The notes under the pieces are model-generated. The model did no database searches. It saw only the letters and a list, made by a program, of their open reading frames with translations, and was not told the origin of the DNA. Source: Flaccisagitta enflata (taxonomy: Eukaryota). From it: DNA of 64,000 bases. Both the position numbers and the translations under genes were made by a program. How positions within the stretch are numbered: position 1 is the stretch's first letter; each line of letters starts with the position of its first letter. This document shows positions 1 to 11,106 of this stretch, one piece after another. The DNA is taken from the NCBI GenBank assembly GCA_965153355.1, contig OZ231126.1, positions 1,798,001 through 1,862,000 on the forward strand. Reading direction: 5' to 3'.

Positions 1-2190
1 GCATTTGCTGTGTGGCAAGGAGATTTTGAATTCCTCAAAAACTTTGAAATTGAACGATGGACTGCGACGCTGGAAACTCAGGATGGTGAAAAACAACTGA
101 TGGTGTTCAGCGATGCGAGTAGTAAGGGATACGGCGTGGTGATATACGTGCGCCGGAAGACGCCGGATGGAAAGATTCACGTAGCGATCGTATGCTCGAA
201 GGCGCACGTGGTGCCGGTGAAAGACGCTGAAGCTGGGCACCACGATTCGATGCCGAGGCTGGAATTGCAGGCCGCGCGATTGGCGGCAAGGATGAGATCA
301 TCTGTGGAAAAAGAGACAGGGAGTTATGACAGTATCATTATGTGGACTGACTCTGAATGTGTGATTAAGCAACTTAATGATACAGTCACCCGATTTAAAG
401 TTTATTTTTCCAACCGCATCTCAGAAATACAGGCGTTGACGAGCGTGTCCGAGTGGAGATGGGTGCCTTCCGGGGAAAACCCGGCCGACGACTGTACCCA
501 TGGTCTTCTGGCGCGTGACCCGAAATGGCGACGTTTCCACAGTGGGCCGGAATTTTTGTGGCAAGACGAGACGGAATGGCCGGAAAAGCAGATCGTGTCG
601 GAACCATTCCCAGCGCATATCCTGGCTACGGCAGTGACAACTCCTGCAGTGGAAGAGACTTGGATATCGAGAATATCCCGCGGTGTTGCCTCGTGGCCAG
701 GAAAAGTACGTCGGATCGCGCTTTTCAAAAAGACGATAATGCGATGTGTAGTGAGACGACGCCCCGCAGTCGGTGGCAGCGGTGCGCAGTCAGCTACACT
801 GCGCGAGCTGCGAGACGCGGAAATGCTTCTGATACGGGACATTCAATCGCGGCATTTCAATGAAGAGATAAAAGCGTTGACGACGGCGCCAAAAGGCCCC
901 ACAAAGAGACATAAAGTGCACGCGAAATCGACGATAGTGGCATTGAACCCGTTCATCGATGCGAGTGGGATACTGCGCTGCATGGGACGTCTCACAAACT
1001 CGACGGATCTGAGCTACGACGCCAGACATCCAATAATACTCCCTCATGACGACGACGAAGTGTTGGTTTTGATAAGACTATTTCATGAATGTCACCTTCA
1101 CGCTGGCGTGGAACATGTGTTGGGAGAGTCGCGACCCCGTTTTTGGATCACAAAAGGGCGCCGCGTCGTGTCGCGCGTGGTAAAAGCATGCGTGGGATGT
1201 CAGAGACACTTCAAAGCGCCGGAGTCGCAGCAAATGGCGCCGCTTCCCGCAGAAAGGACGCATGCTTGTCGGCCCTTCGAGAATACGGGAGTAGACTGCT
1301 TTGGACCTGTGAAATGCAAAATTGTTGGAAGGGCATTTCACAAAGTGAATGTGGCTCTTTTTACGTGTATGGCGACGAGAGCAGTGCATTTCGAAGTATT
1401 GCGGAGTATGGACACATCGAGCTTTATTGATGCTCTGCAACGCTTTTGGGCGAGAAGACCGGCGGTGAGGCGCCTGTTTTCAGATTGTGGCTCAAACTTC
1501 ACTTCCGCCGAGAAAGAGATTGCGGCGGAAGTCGCGGCATGGAACGCGTCGTCGACGAAGGATTTGCGGCTGCTTGGGATCGAATGGAAGTTCAACCCAC
1601 CGACATCCCCTCATAGGGGTGGTGTGTGGGAGCGGCTTGTGAAAGCCGCGAAAAAACATTTAACGTTCGTATTGACATTGGACAACCTGAGCATCGAGAC
1701 GTTGACGACAGTGTTGGCTCAGGCGGAGTTGGCGATGAACTCGAGACCGATCACACACATCCCTGATGAGCCTGGAGTCCAAGCGCTGCGTCCGATTGAC
1801 TTTCTGTGCCCTGGTGTATTTGCGGCGTCGGACTGTGACATTCTTCCTCCATCGCCTCCGGATGCAGTGTGCCTTCGTTACAGTTGGCGCCAATCGAGAG
1901 CATTGGTTGACGAATTTTGGAACCGGTGGTCGCGGGATTATGTTTCGGCGCTACAAGCGCGGCCGAAATGGCGTTTGTCGGAGCCAAATTTGGAAGTCGG
2001 GGACGTGGTATTGATGGTGGATGAACAGTGTTGACGGGGTGATTGGCGGACTGGGGTGATTGTCGAGACGGATGGCCAGGACTTGGTGAGGACAATCTCC
2101 GTGCGGACGTCGAATGGGAAAATCTTTTCTCGCGATAGGACGAAGGTTGTCCGTTTGGAGTTGGACCCGCTTAGAGCGGATGTATCATAG
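1..2190 (+). CDS. pol: BEL/Pao Pol C-terminal part (RNase H, HHCC zinc finger, DDE integrase, DUF5641-like tail); 5'-partial, with in-frame TGA at 2032-2034
   Basis: Motifs FSDASSKGYG, MPRLELQAA, WTDSECV, WRWVPSGENPAD, H..H...CVGC, GVDCFGP, FSDCGSNF, GGVWERLVK. Past the TGA the same frame reads RGDWRTGVIVETDGQDLVRTISVRTSNGKIFSRDRTKVVRLELDPLRADVS to TAG at 2188-2190, matching the usual BEL integrase tail. Confidence 0.93.
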
Positions 2191-2538
2191 TGTATTATGT
2201 ATTAGATTTTTTTTTGTAGATGTGATTCTGTGGTGGTGGCGACTAGATTTTTCTGATGGTGTCTTTTCTTCTTTTAAACGCGCGTTTTCGCTGGGGCTTA
2301 TTCGCTTTGATGTTGATTCTCACTTTACCATTTTTTCTCGGATGACCGTTGGGCGATTGGGCTTTGCGTAATATCGTGTTGTTTGGGTTGGGGATATGTC
2401 GGTGGGATTTTTTCGTCACGCCTTATTTTACGTTTTTGTTGGTTTGTTTATTTTTACATTGATTTATTTTTTGATTGATTTTGATTTGTCTATTTTCGCA
2501 TTGATTTATGTTTTTATGATTTTGTTTTGCTGTATATA

Positions 2539-2569
2539 TTTTTTCTTCCTTTCTTTCCATGTCCCTTAG
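2539..2569 (+). promoter_or_regulatory. Candidate 3' splice acceptor upstream of the extra ORF
   Basis: Long polypyrimidine tract ttttttcttcctttctttccatgtccct followed by TAG at 2567-2569. Confidence 0.55.
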
Positions 2570-2638
2570 CTAGTTAGTAAAAAGTGGAATTGTGCTTCTT
2601 CATTGTGTTCTGTGAAAGTGTTAAGTCTTAGTGCAGTG

Positions 2639-4783
2639 ATGTCGGGATTGGAGATGGATGTGGATGATGGTGCTGGGGCACTCGGTGGTGGTGGTGAGGA
2701 ATGTAGTTGTGAAGGGGCCTGTGCTTGCGGCCGGGATGTGGATGGTGATGTGGTGGCTGATAGGGAAGAGGAGGAGGAGGAGGGGGCGAGCGACGTAAGC
2801 AGCGGTGCCGACGATAGTGACAGTGACAGTGATGAGGAGTTGGTGTTGGATGCGCGGAAGTATGCGAAGGAGTTCCGCCAGGTGGTGCCGGAGGGGATGG
2901 CGGCGGAAACTCTAGCAGTGATTAGGGAGGATGGTGTATTGATGGGTGGGCGCCGGGTTAACCCGAAGAAGTTGCCTTCGACGGGAGGTCCGGTGGTTCC
3001 CCCCTGGATGAACATTTGGACGGACATGCCAATGGAAATAAGAGACTTGTGTGGGTTGCGTCAGGTGGCGGTGGCGTTGCACAGGGTGGTGCACCCTGAG
3101 TATGAAAACATGTGTGTGATGCAGGTGGTGAGGCATGGGTGTATGCCGGATTTTTTCTTGGTGGTTGACGCGGAGAGGCCGGATGATTTGAGGAAAGTGG
3201 CAGCGGGGGCCTTTCGCGGGGAGTCGGTGATCTGGTGGGCACCGAAGAACGCCGACGGTGTAAGGTACGCGGTGCAGACTTTTATGAGCGACCCTGGTGA
3301 GTGTGAATTTTGGTCGTGGCACGATGAGGAGACTCATAGGGCCCCCCGCTGGTCTGTTTGGCCAAGCCGTTGCCCAGTGAAAAGGGTGTCAGTGTTTATG
3401 GAGCTGCCCCCAGTGACTATTTTTTTGAGGGAAGTGGATAAGGCGGTGAAGGCGTGCCCACCTGGCAGTGGCCCGGCGGTCCAATGGATCATTCGGGAGC
3501 TGTTGGATGGGGCCAAGAGCTGGAAAGACTTATATCGTGGACATAGGAATAGAAGGCCGGTATATGTGCCAGAGGTGTTGTTTGGGTCGATGGCAAAAAG
3601 GCCCGGTTTGAAGGAGGGCGTCGTGGCCTCTAATCAGTTGGTTTGTGACGCGATGGACGGACTTTATTTCGAGGAGAAGGACTCAGGGGATGTTGAGGAG
3701 CAGCTGGCGGCTGACGCGGAGGTGGTGGAAGGGGAGGTGGTGGTGCCGGAGGTGGATCCGGCGATGCCTCCATTGGAGCCGGTGGTGCCGGTGGTGCCGG
3801 TGGCGGATGACGGCGGTGGGGGCGCGGTGGAGGAGGAGGAGGAGGATGAGGAGCAGGCGGCGGCGCGGTTGCTGGAGGAAGAGAAGAAGAGGAAGAAGTC
3901 AGTGAGGCGGACGGAGCGGCGAAAGCGGTCGAAGATGGCGGCCAAGGCGAAGTTGGAGGAATTTCAGCGCCTGGGGAGTGAGCGGCTGAAGCAGGAGAAG
4001 GAACAGCGGCGTCTGGCGGAGGAGCAGAGGCGGCGGGAGGAGGAGCAGCAGCGTCTTGCGGAGCAGCAGCGCTTGGAGAGTGAGCGTCGTCGCCGGGAGG
4101 AGGAGGCTGCAAGGGAGGTGGAGCGGCTGGAGAAGTCGCTAAGGGATGCCCGGAATCAGCAGGCGCAGATCCGGCGGGGTGGCCATACTCGGTCCTCTTC
4201 GCAGGGGTCTGGCCGGGTTGATGGTCGGGCTGGTGGTGGCCATAATCGCGGTGGTGGTGGTGGTCATCATGGTGGAGGCGGGGGTGGTCATCGTGGTGGA
4301 GGCGGTGGTGGTCATCATAGTGGAGGCGGTGGTGGTCATCGTAGTGGTGGCAGTTTTCCCCGTGGGGGTGGTGGTAGCTTCCATCGTGGTGGTGGGGGCG
4401 GTGGTTTTCCGCGGGGCGGTGGTCTTCCGCGGGGTGGTGGTGGAGGTGGTGGTGGCGGTGGTCGGCCTTGGGTGGAGAGGGGGCATTGCGGTTTTCGCGT
4501 GCCTGACCGGCCGTCGTCGTCTTCCTCTTCGACGCGGCCACCTGCTTCCCCGACGCTGGATTCGTCCTTCGCGTCTTCTTCCTCCACTTTTTCTGAGCGC
4601 GAGATGGAGATCGCGCTGGCTTTTGCCTCTGGAATGCGGCATGCGGGGGATCGGTCACGTAGCGGTGAGCGGGCGGAGGAACCGTTGGCGGCTTCGTCCC
4701 CCGCTGCGTGGAGACCCTCACGTTCATCTGATCGTGGTGGTGACGGGCGGCGTGGGGGCCCGCCGCCGAACTTCCGGCGTTAG
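2639..4783 (+). CDS. Extra retrotransposon ORF (714 aa from first ATG), unknown function: acidic N-terminus, ~270-aa non-repetitive domain, coiled coil, RGG/Gly-His and Ser/Arg-rich tail
   Basis: Uninterrupted 2145-nt frame between the pol stop and the PPT/LTR. The ATG at 2639 has G at -3 and is the first ATG after the acceptor at 2569. No signal peptide or transmembrane segment is visible. Confidence 0.8.
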   Translation: MSGLEMDVDDGAGALGGGGEECSCEGACACGRDVDGDVVADREEEEEEGASDVSSGADDSDSDSDEELVLDARKYAKEFRQVVPEGMAAETLAVIREDGVLMGGRRVNPKKLPSTGGPVVPPWMNIWTDMPMEIRDLCGLRQVAVALHRVVHPEYENMCVMQVVRHGCMPDFFLVVDAERPDDLRKVAAGAFRGESVIWWAPKNADGVRYAVQTFMSDPGECEFWSWHDEETHRAPRWSVWPSRCPVKRVSVFMELPPVTIFLREVDKAVKACPPGSGPAVQWIIRELLDGAKSWKDLYRGHRNRRPVYVPEVLFGSMAKRPGLKEGVVASNQLVCDAMDGLYFEEKDSGDVEEQLAADAEVVEGEVVVPEVDPAMPPLEPVVPVVPVADDGGGGAVEEEEEDEEQAAARLLEEEKKRKKSVRRTERRKRSKMAAKAKLEEFQRLGSERLKQEKEQRRLAEEQRRREEEQQRLAEQQRLESERRRREEEAAREVERLEKSLRDARNQQAQIRRGGHTRSSSQGSGRVDGRAGGGHNRGGGGGHHGGGGGGHRGGGGGGHHSGGGGGHRSGGSFPRGGGGSFHRGGGGGGFPRGGGLPRGGGGGGGGGGRPWVERGHCGFRVPDRPSSSSSSTRPPASPTLDSSFASSSSTFSEREMEIALAFASGMRHAGDRSRSGERAEEPLAASSPAAWRPSRSSDRGGDGRRGGPPPNFRR

Positions 4784-4912
4784 CGGGCTGTTCCCGCTGT
4801 CCGTCCGTCCGTACTTCGTCCGTCACTTTCAGGTGGGGGTATCGTTTTTTTTTGGAGGTGGGACAATGTGACTGAGGTTGATTGGTTTGAAGTGGGCTTC
4901 AAACGGGCGGAC

Positions 4913-5536
4913 TGTGGAATATCGCGTTAGATTTTACCATTTTGTGATTATTTGTAATTGCATATTCTCTTTGGTTCGCCCTGTTTGTTGCCCATTTTGT
5001 GAATTTATATTATTGCTGATTTTCTTTCTTTAGTTATCAGTTGTAATGTTATTCGCTCTTCATTCCTGATCAATCTTGGGGTGCGTTTCCTTACCTGGTG
5101 AGTTTTGGATGGACTTGGTTGGTTGGTTAGTTGGTCGGTTTGGTTGGTTGGTCAGTTGGTCGATTGGATTAACTAGTTGTTTAGTTATATAGTTCTTATG
5201 TTGTTGAGTTATTGAGTTATTTAGGATGATAGGTTGTTAGGTTAATCTCTTTTCTTCTTTTCCCCTCTTCCTTTCCTTTCTATTATTTCAGCGTTTTTGT
5301 ACCCCTTTCAACCATAGAAGATATTGAGATGGCGACGACGAAAGACCTTATCCAAATGGAGACTTGATGACTTTGAGTGGATTCGTGGTGTTGGCGTTGT
5401 TGGCGCAGCGCGTGGCGTGGCATAGAGAGGATTGGCGCGGTCGTGACGCAGCGACTGCCGGACTGATTCATCATCGTCAACGTCAGCGCAAAGGTACTCT
5501 GACGGTTGGAGACTGTATTCTACGCGGTTCTTTACA
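4913..5536 (+). repeat. 3' LTR of the BEL/Pao element (5' boundary 4913, alternatively 4867)
   Basis: aaacgggcggac|TGT at 4913 or ggaggtgggacaa|TGT at 4867; ends ACA at 5536. It contains a GTGAGT donor (5098) and a polypyrimidine/TTTCAG acceptor (5291). The 5' LTR is not in the window, so boundaries are unconfirmed. Confidence 0.65.
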
Positions 5537-5542
5537 AGAGAG

Positions 5543-5630
<88 letters not shown>
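5537..5630. repeat. (AG)n microsatellite flanking the LTR
   Basis: Direct sequence. Confidence 0.98.
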
Positions 5631-5632
<2 letters not shown>

Positions 5633-6397
5633 CAGAGGGTTTACTAAAAAGATATCAAGCGTAAAAATGACGGACAAGATTTTTTGAAACGGCCTGATCA
5701 ATTTTTGATGGTTGGCATAACACTTTGGTGTCTTTGGTGGCGCCATCCAGTCGCCTCCTCGCCTTTATTTCTGTCGCCTTCTACCCTTTTATTTCTCTTA
5801 ATCTCCTCCCAACATAACATTTTCTTTGTCTTTTGTTTCCTGGGGTACATTCACATTTTTTTTGTTTTTTGTTCCCTGGGGTTCATTCAGATTTTCTTTA
5901 TCTTTTGTTTTCTGGGGTTCATTCACATTTTTTTTTTTGGTTTCCCGGGGTTTGTACACATTCTCAAGAAATTATGTTTCCTTGAGCTATCTTGTCCGCT
6001 TCTGTTCACGTAATCGCATTTTATTCTTGCTCACAACAAATGGTTATTGCTTCTTAAATTGCTTAGAAGCCAAATGGCTATATCCAGAGCAAGTTTAATA
6101 TCGTTTCATACTATTTTTACGCAGAAAAACTAGTCATACAATAGAAGTTTTGGTAAAAAAGTTCAAAAAATTGATGATTAAATATTTGGGTTTTGCCTCT
6201 TAACCTTCCATTATCATTTGAATTTTCTGCTCAGAAAAAAAAACCATAACAAGACGAATATGGCACAGATGTGGGACAAATGTGGAATACAAATTTGAAC
6301 GCGACCCAAATTTATACGTTTAGGGGCGGCATTTCTGCGCAAATTGTATGTTGTTACAAATCTGTGGCTTTTTTCTGTTGATTTAGTTGTCTGATAG

Positions 6398-6663
6398 AGG
6401 GCGGGTTTCCAGTCACAGACAATCGCGTTTTTAATGGGCCACTTGGTTGGTCGCTAACTATGTTCATTCGCTCGCACCACTCACTCCGCTCACTCAGTCC
6501 ATAGCGCTCTATTTTGCTACGCTCGCTCGCTCCGCTCACGAGCTCACTTACTCACTTCGCTCACTCCCTCATGAGACAGTTGAATTTCTTGGATATGTGT
6601 TCACGCTGTAAACGCGATTCACTGGAAGAATCGCATTTTTGCTCGTCAGTGGAAACACGCCCT
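6398..6663. mobile_element. MITE with ~19-bp TIRs and internal (CGCT/CACT)n
   Basis: Left end agggcgggtttccagtcac vs reverse complement of right end agggcgtgtttccactgac. A second right-end copy lies at ~6742-6759. No clear TSD. Confidence 0.6.
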
Positions 6664-6972
6664 GGAGAGATAGAGACAAAAGAAATAAAGGGAAATGAGA
6701 CATAGATAGAGACATACAGATTAAAGGGAATGATTCTGGTCGTCGGTGGAAACACGCCCAGAATCTTGATTGTTGAGTCTTCCTCCGCCTAAAAGATGAA
6801 ACGGTTAAAACGTAACAACAACAAACTCAAACTTAAAAGATGTCTCTTCCACGAACACTGCCAATCAGAGGATGTGTGTATCTAAGCCTTTGTTCTGACT
6901 TTCATATTCCTGTTTTTCTTGTCCTTTTGTTTGTTGAAGTAGTTGACAAGATAAACATACGAACAGTAGAAT

Positions 6973-7168
<196 letters not shown>

Positions 7169-7821
7169 AAACAACGAAAGAGAAAGGTAAGGTTCCGCAC
7201 TGCCTCAAAAGAGCAACAAAGGACAGTCATGTGGCAGTAGTCAGTACATCGCAATCCCATCGGACTCAAGCTCTTCCTAGTGAGCCTTTTTCCTGATCCC
7301 TGCCTTCTTATGATCCTCCTCCTCCTCCTCCTCCTCCATCTTCTCCTCGTTCTCCTCCTACCAGTCCTTCAGTTGACATCATAATTTCAGTTTCTCTTCT
7401 CTTGTAAAAGGTCCCTTTTTTTTTATTTTCCAAAAAGTCGTGACGAACAAACTATTAATGGATTAAGTTCATTCGACTGTAGCTGTAGGTCCTCGATTTC
7501 AGCGCAATTGAATCTTTTGCGGTCGGGTGAACAGACAAAGACAGACTTAGATACAGACAGCGTGGAAGATAGATGAAGTCAGAAAAACTACACAGATCAC
7601 TTTTTTCTATGTTTTATTTTGTTGTTGATTACATAGTTCATTTCCTAGGAAGCGAAGGAGAAAACATAGTTAATATATGTCATCTACAGTACTTTTAAAT
7701 CTAGCTACACTTTTTGCCAACCGAGATTAGTTAAAATCCGTTTCTTCTCTCCATATCCAATTGTGTTGACAAAGAAAGAATTGTCAGTTGATTACTCCAA
7801 ATACCTTTCAATTATTTGCAG

Positions 7822-9231
7822 CTGCGGTGGAAGTTTGACGCTGTATTTGCATTGGAAGGAAATTTTCCCAGCATTGCTGCGTTTACAAATCGTAAGCAGG
7901 AAGATTTCATCTTTTGATAACAAGCTTGATCCATGCGACATTCTCTGTATGAGCCAAAGGTCATTCTCCCTCCCGCGCTATACAAATACCACGGCTTGTC
8001 CTACACTTTTTTTTTTTTATAAGAGACAACCTTTTTTCAACTCAGCCTGAGTGTTCTTAAATTCCAAGTCATTTTCAGTCTCGAATTCTCTTAAATTGTT
8101 CTTAATTTTCCTGATTTGATCCGTTATTACTAATACTATCACTGATACTAATATCACTACTACTGATATTACTACTGTTACTACTACTGTTACTACTACT
8201 GTTACTGTTACTACTACTACTATTACTACTACAACCACTACTAGTACTACTCTACAACAACAAATATTACCGCTACTACTTCTTCAACTTTTACTACTAC
8301 TATTACTACTACTACATTTACTACTACTACTACTTTTACTACTACTACTACTACTACTACTATTACTCTCACTTGTAATAGACGAAAAAAAATCAGCCGA
8401 GGCAAAAGTCAGCCTGAGCTGTCTCTTATTTTGTTCTTAAATTTTCAGAGAATCTCAGCCTCATGTCTCTTATAAAAAAGTCTCTTATAAAAAAAAAAAG
8501 TGTATATAACAAATCCACTTCGGCTCTGCATCATGTCCGTTGATGTTTAATTGCATATGGTTGCCTGAGAGTAAGCGAGTAAAGCGACGCAATACTCCAC
8601 TGAATTTGTTCTTTCTGTTGGTCGTCGGTCAGTCCGTTTCATATTCGCTCCCGACAATTTTTTAGCGTATTTTTGTAACAACTGCCACTGTACAAGGTTG
8701 CCACACACACTTACTCATATCGGTATTTTTAGTCGCGTCTACAACCCGCTTTGTCCGTCCGTCGGTCGGTCGGTTGGTCGGTCGGTCGGTTGGTCGGTCG
8801 GTCGGTCCCGCACGCGACTTCGGTAGCCGTGTATCCGGCCTTGTTCTAAGACACTTTGTTTTATGTTTCTTGTCTTCTTTCCTCTCGCAGTCCTACGGTG
8901 TTCGGATAAATCCAAAGAAATTATTCTCATCCATTTCAAAATCTCGTGACATTACGTCATGTAATCCTCGACGCGAAATCTATGCAAATCACATTGACAA
9001 AAGAAAGGAGTATGCAAATAATGAAAGACAAATAACGAATGGATGGATGGACGTATGGACGACCTCACGGACAATTTCTCGCTCATCTGTTCAAGCAATT
9101 CTTATCAAATCTTTTTTCCCATTTCTTTATTTGGTACATTTATACATTTACTCAGTACATCTGTCGAGGGTTTGCAGAGGAGGACATCGCACCGACGAAT
9201 AGGACACCGACGGAGCTCGATCGTTTGCTGA
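7822..9231 (+). CDS. Candidate 3' coding exons of an unidentified gene: 7822-7891, 8891-9009, 9156-9231 (stop)
   Basis: Acceptors ttgcag, cttctttcctctcgcag and ttactcag; donors GTAAGC and GTATGC. Phases join into one open frame ending ...RRSSIVC*. No homology recognised. Confidence 0.33.
8004..8502. mobile_element. Tc1/mariner-type MITE with TA TSD and internal degenerate (ACT)n
   Basis: TA|CAC(T)nATAAGAGAC ... GTCTCTTAT(A)nGTG|TA terminal inverted repeats. Confidence 0.8.
8727..8844 (+). mobile_element. Short DINE-1/HINE-like element (family 2)
   Basis: ttttagtcgcg, (GGTC)n, gcacgcgact, then 3' end gccgtgtatccggccttgtt, shared with the copies at 19916, 63373 and 63667. Confidence 0.65.
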
Positions 9232-9299
9232 GTACATTAAAGGAAGTGCGTAAAGTGAGGCTTGAGGGTTGAAGGGTCATCAACCAACCCCTGACATGG

Positions 9300-9617
<318 letters not shown>

Positions 9618-9863
9618 CCTTCCTAACCGTCGGTGTCATAAACTTCTCTCTCTCTTGCGCTTGACACGACCACTGATGAGTGACGAGTGACGATTCTCTT
9701 TCAGTCACATGACCTCATAATCATGAAACCAAAGTGACAATTGACAAAAGAACGCTTCATGTCCTGGAGGCAATTCTTTACCAGTCAACGCCTGTTATCG
9801 CTTGCGGGTGGGCTGAAAAGCTGTTTTGGAAATTGGGCAGGGGCAAAGATAAAAAGAAAAAAG

Positions 9864-10405
9864 AATAATCGCAAAAGCGTTAGATGGTCAGCGGTACCCG
9901 TTGCCCCTATGTGAGTGTATGTGGGTGTGAGGTGGTTAGTGGGGCAGCGGCCCCGAAGGGGCCGATGACCTATGCTGATCTTATTTGAGCCTCAAGGCTG
10001 GGATTTGAGCCTGGAGGCTGGGATTTGAGCTTCAAGGCTGGGATTTGAGCTTCGAGGCTGGGATTTGGGCATCGAGGCCGGGATTTGAGCCTCGAGGCTG
10101 GGATTTGAGCCTCGAGGCTGGGATTTGAGCCTCGAGGCTGGGATTTGAGCCTCGAGGCTGGGATTTGAGCCTCGAGGCTGGGATTTGAGCCTCGAGGCTG
10201 GGATTTGAGCCTTGAGGCTGGGATTTGAGCCTCGAGGCTGGGATTTGAGCCCCGAGGCTGGGATTTGAGCCTCGAGGCTAGGAATTGGGCCTCGAGGCTA
10301 GGAATTAGGCCTTGAGGGGGGGGTACGAAGAAGAAGAAGGAGAAGAAGGAGAAATTTCTGCATATGTGAAAGCATAGGTCATCGGCCCCTTCGGGGCCGC
10401 TGCCC
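9864..10405 (-). mobile_element. DINE-1/HINE-like element family 1 (subtype B) with ~16 copies of the 20-bp unit ggatttgagcctcgaggctg
   Basis: Inverted arms gggcagcggccccgaaggggccgatgacctatgct at ~9942 and 10371-10405. An asymmetric tail ends in a short hairpin. Same family as 24901-25525. Confidence 0.8.
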
Positions 10406-11106
10406 AAAAACTGCTCGCAAGGACATGGAATTTTCGAAAACCCATGAAACAACTGACCGAACAGAGGAAACAGTGGACAGGAAGACCGACAGAAAGACCG
10501 ACAGCAATAGCGATTAATCAGTTTATTAAGGCAGGATAATATTCTGTTTTCTAGCTCAAGAGTCTAAGTTAGATCACTTAACAAGCTTCTGGTTTCATCA
10601 TTACGGACAATACCACGATGACAATCTGATGATTTTGTGACGATGAAAACAGAGTCCTGATCACGTGATACTCGGTCATCGTCATAGCCATGACCGCGAC
10701 CGTTGGTTTAGTCTAATCAACGGATTATCCTAAGGAAGGAAGGAAAGGAAAAGCCCTTGAGAAGGGTATTGAGTCGGTGTAGCGTTTGTCATTGTTCGAA
10801 AGGACCTCCCATGGTAAAGATACCACCATCAATGATACCACCAACTATGTGGCCACTGATATAACCGCTAATCGCAATGCTGAGTGCCGGTGTTACCACA
10901 TACATGACAATTGATATGACCGCTAATGCAACCTTCAATCTTACCACCTAGCTGACCACCAATGTGCCTAATGATATGAATGCTAATGCAACTATCGATA
11001 CGAACACCGATGTAACCACAGATGTTAACTAATGTGACCACAGATGATCTCTAGCTCTCTCACCACCACATTCTAACATACATTGACTTCAGGACAACGG
11101 GTATTA

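Larger units (their letters stand above)
1..5536 (+). mobile_element. BEL/Pao (Belpaoviridae) LTR retrotransposon, 3' part: pol end, extra ORF and 3' LTR; the 5' part lies outside the window
   Basis: Pao-type RNase H then integrase then C-terminal domain. Purine-rich PPT candidates are followed by TGT at 4867 or 4913. The element ends in ...TTTACA at 5536, directly before (AG)n. Confidence 0.93.

Noticed and set aside
3630-4871. Antisense 398-aa ORF and the alternative-frame Val-rich 241-aa ORF as separate genes or an Env TM segment
   Set aside because: These are shadow frames of GC-rich GGT/GAG repeats in the main ORF. The hydrophobic run is simply (GTG)n.
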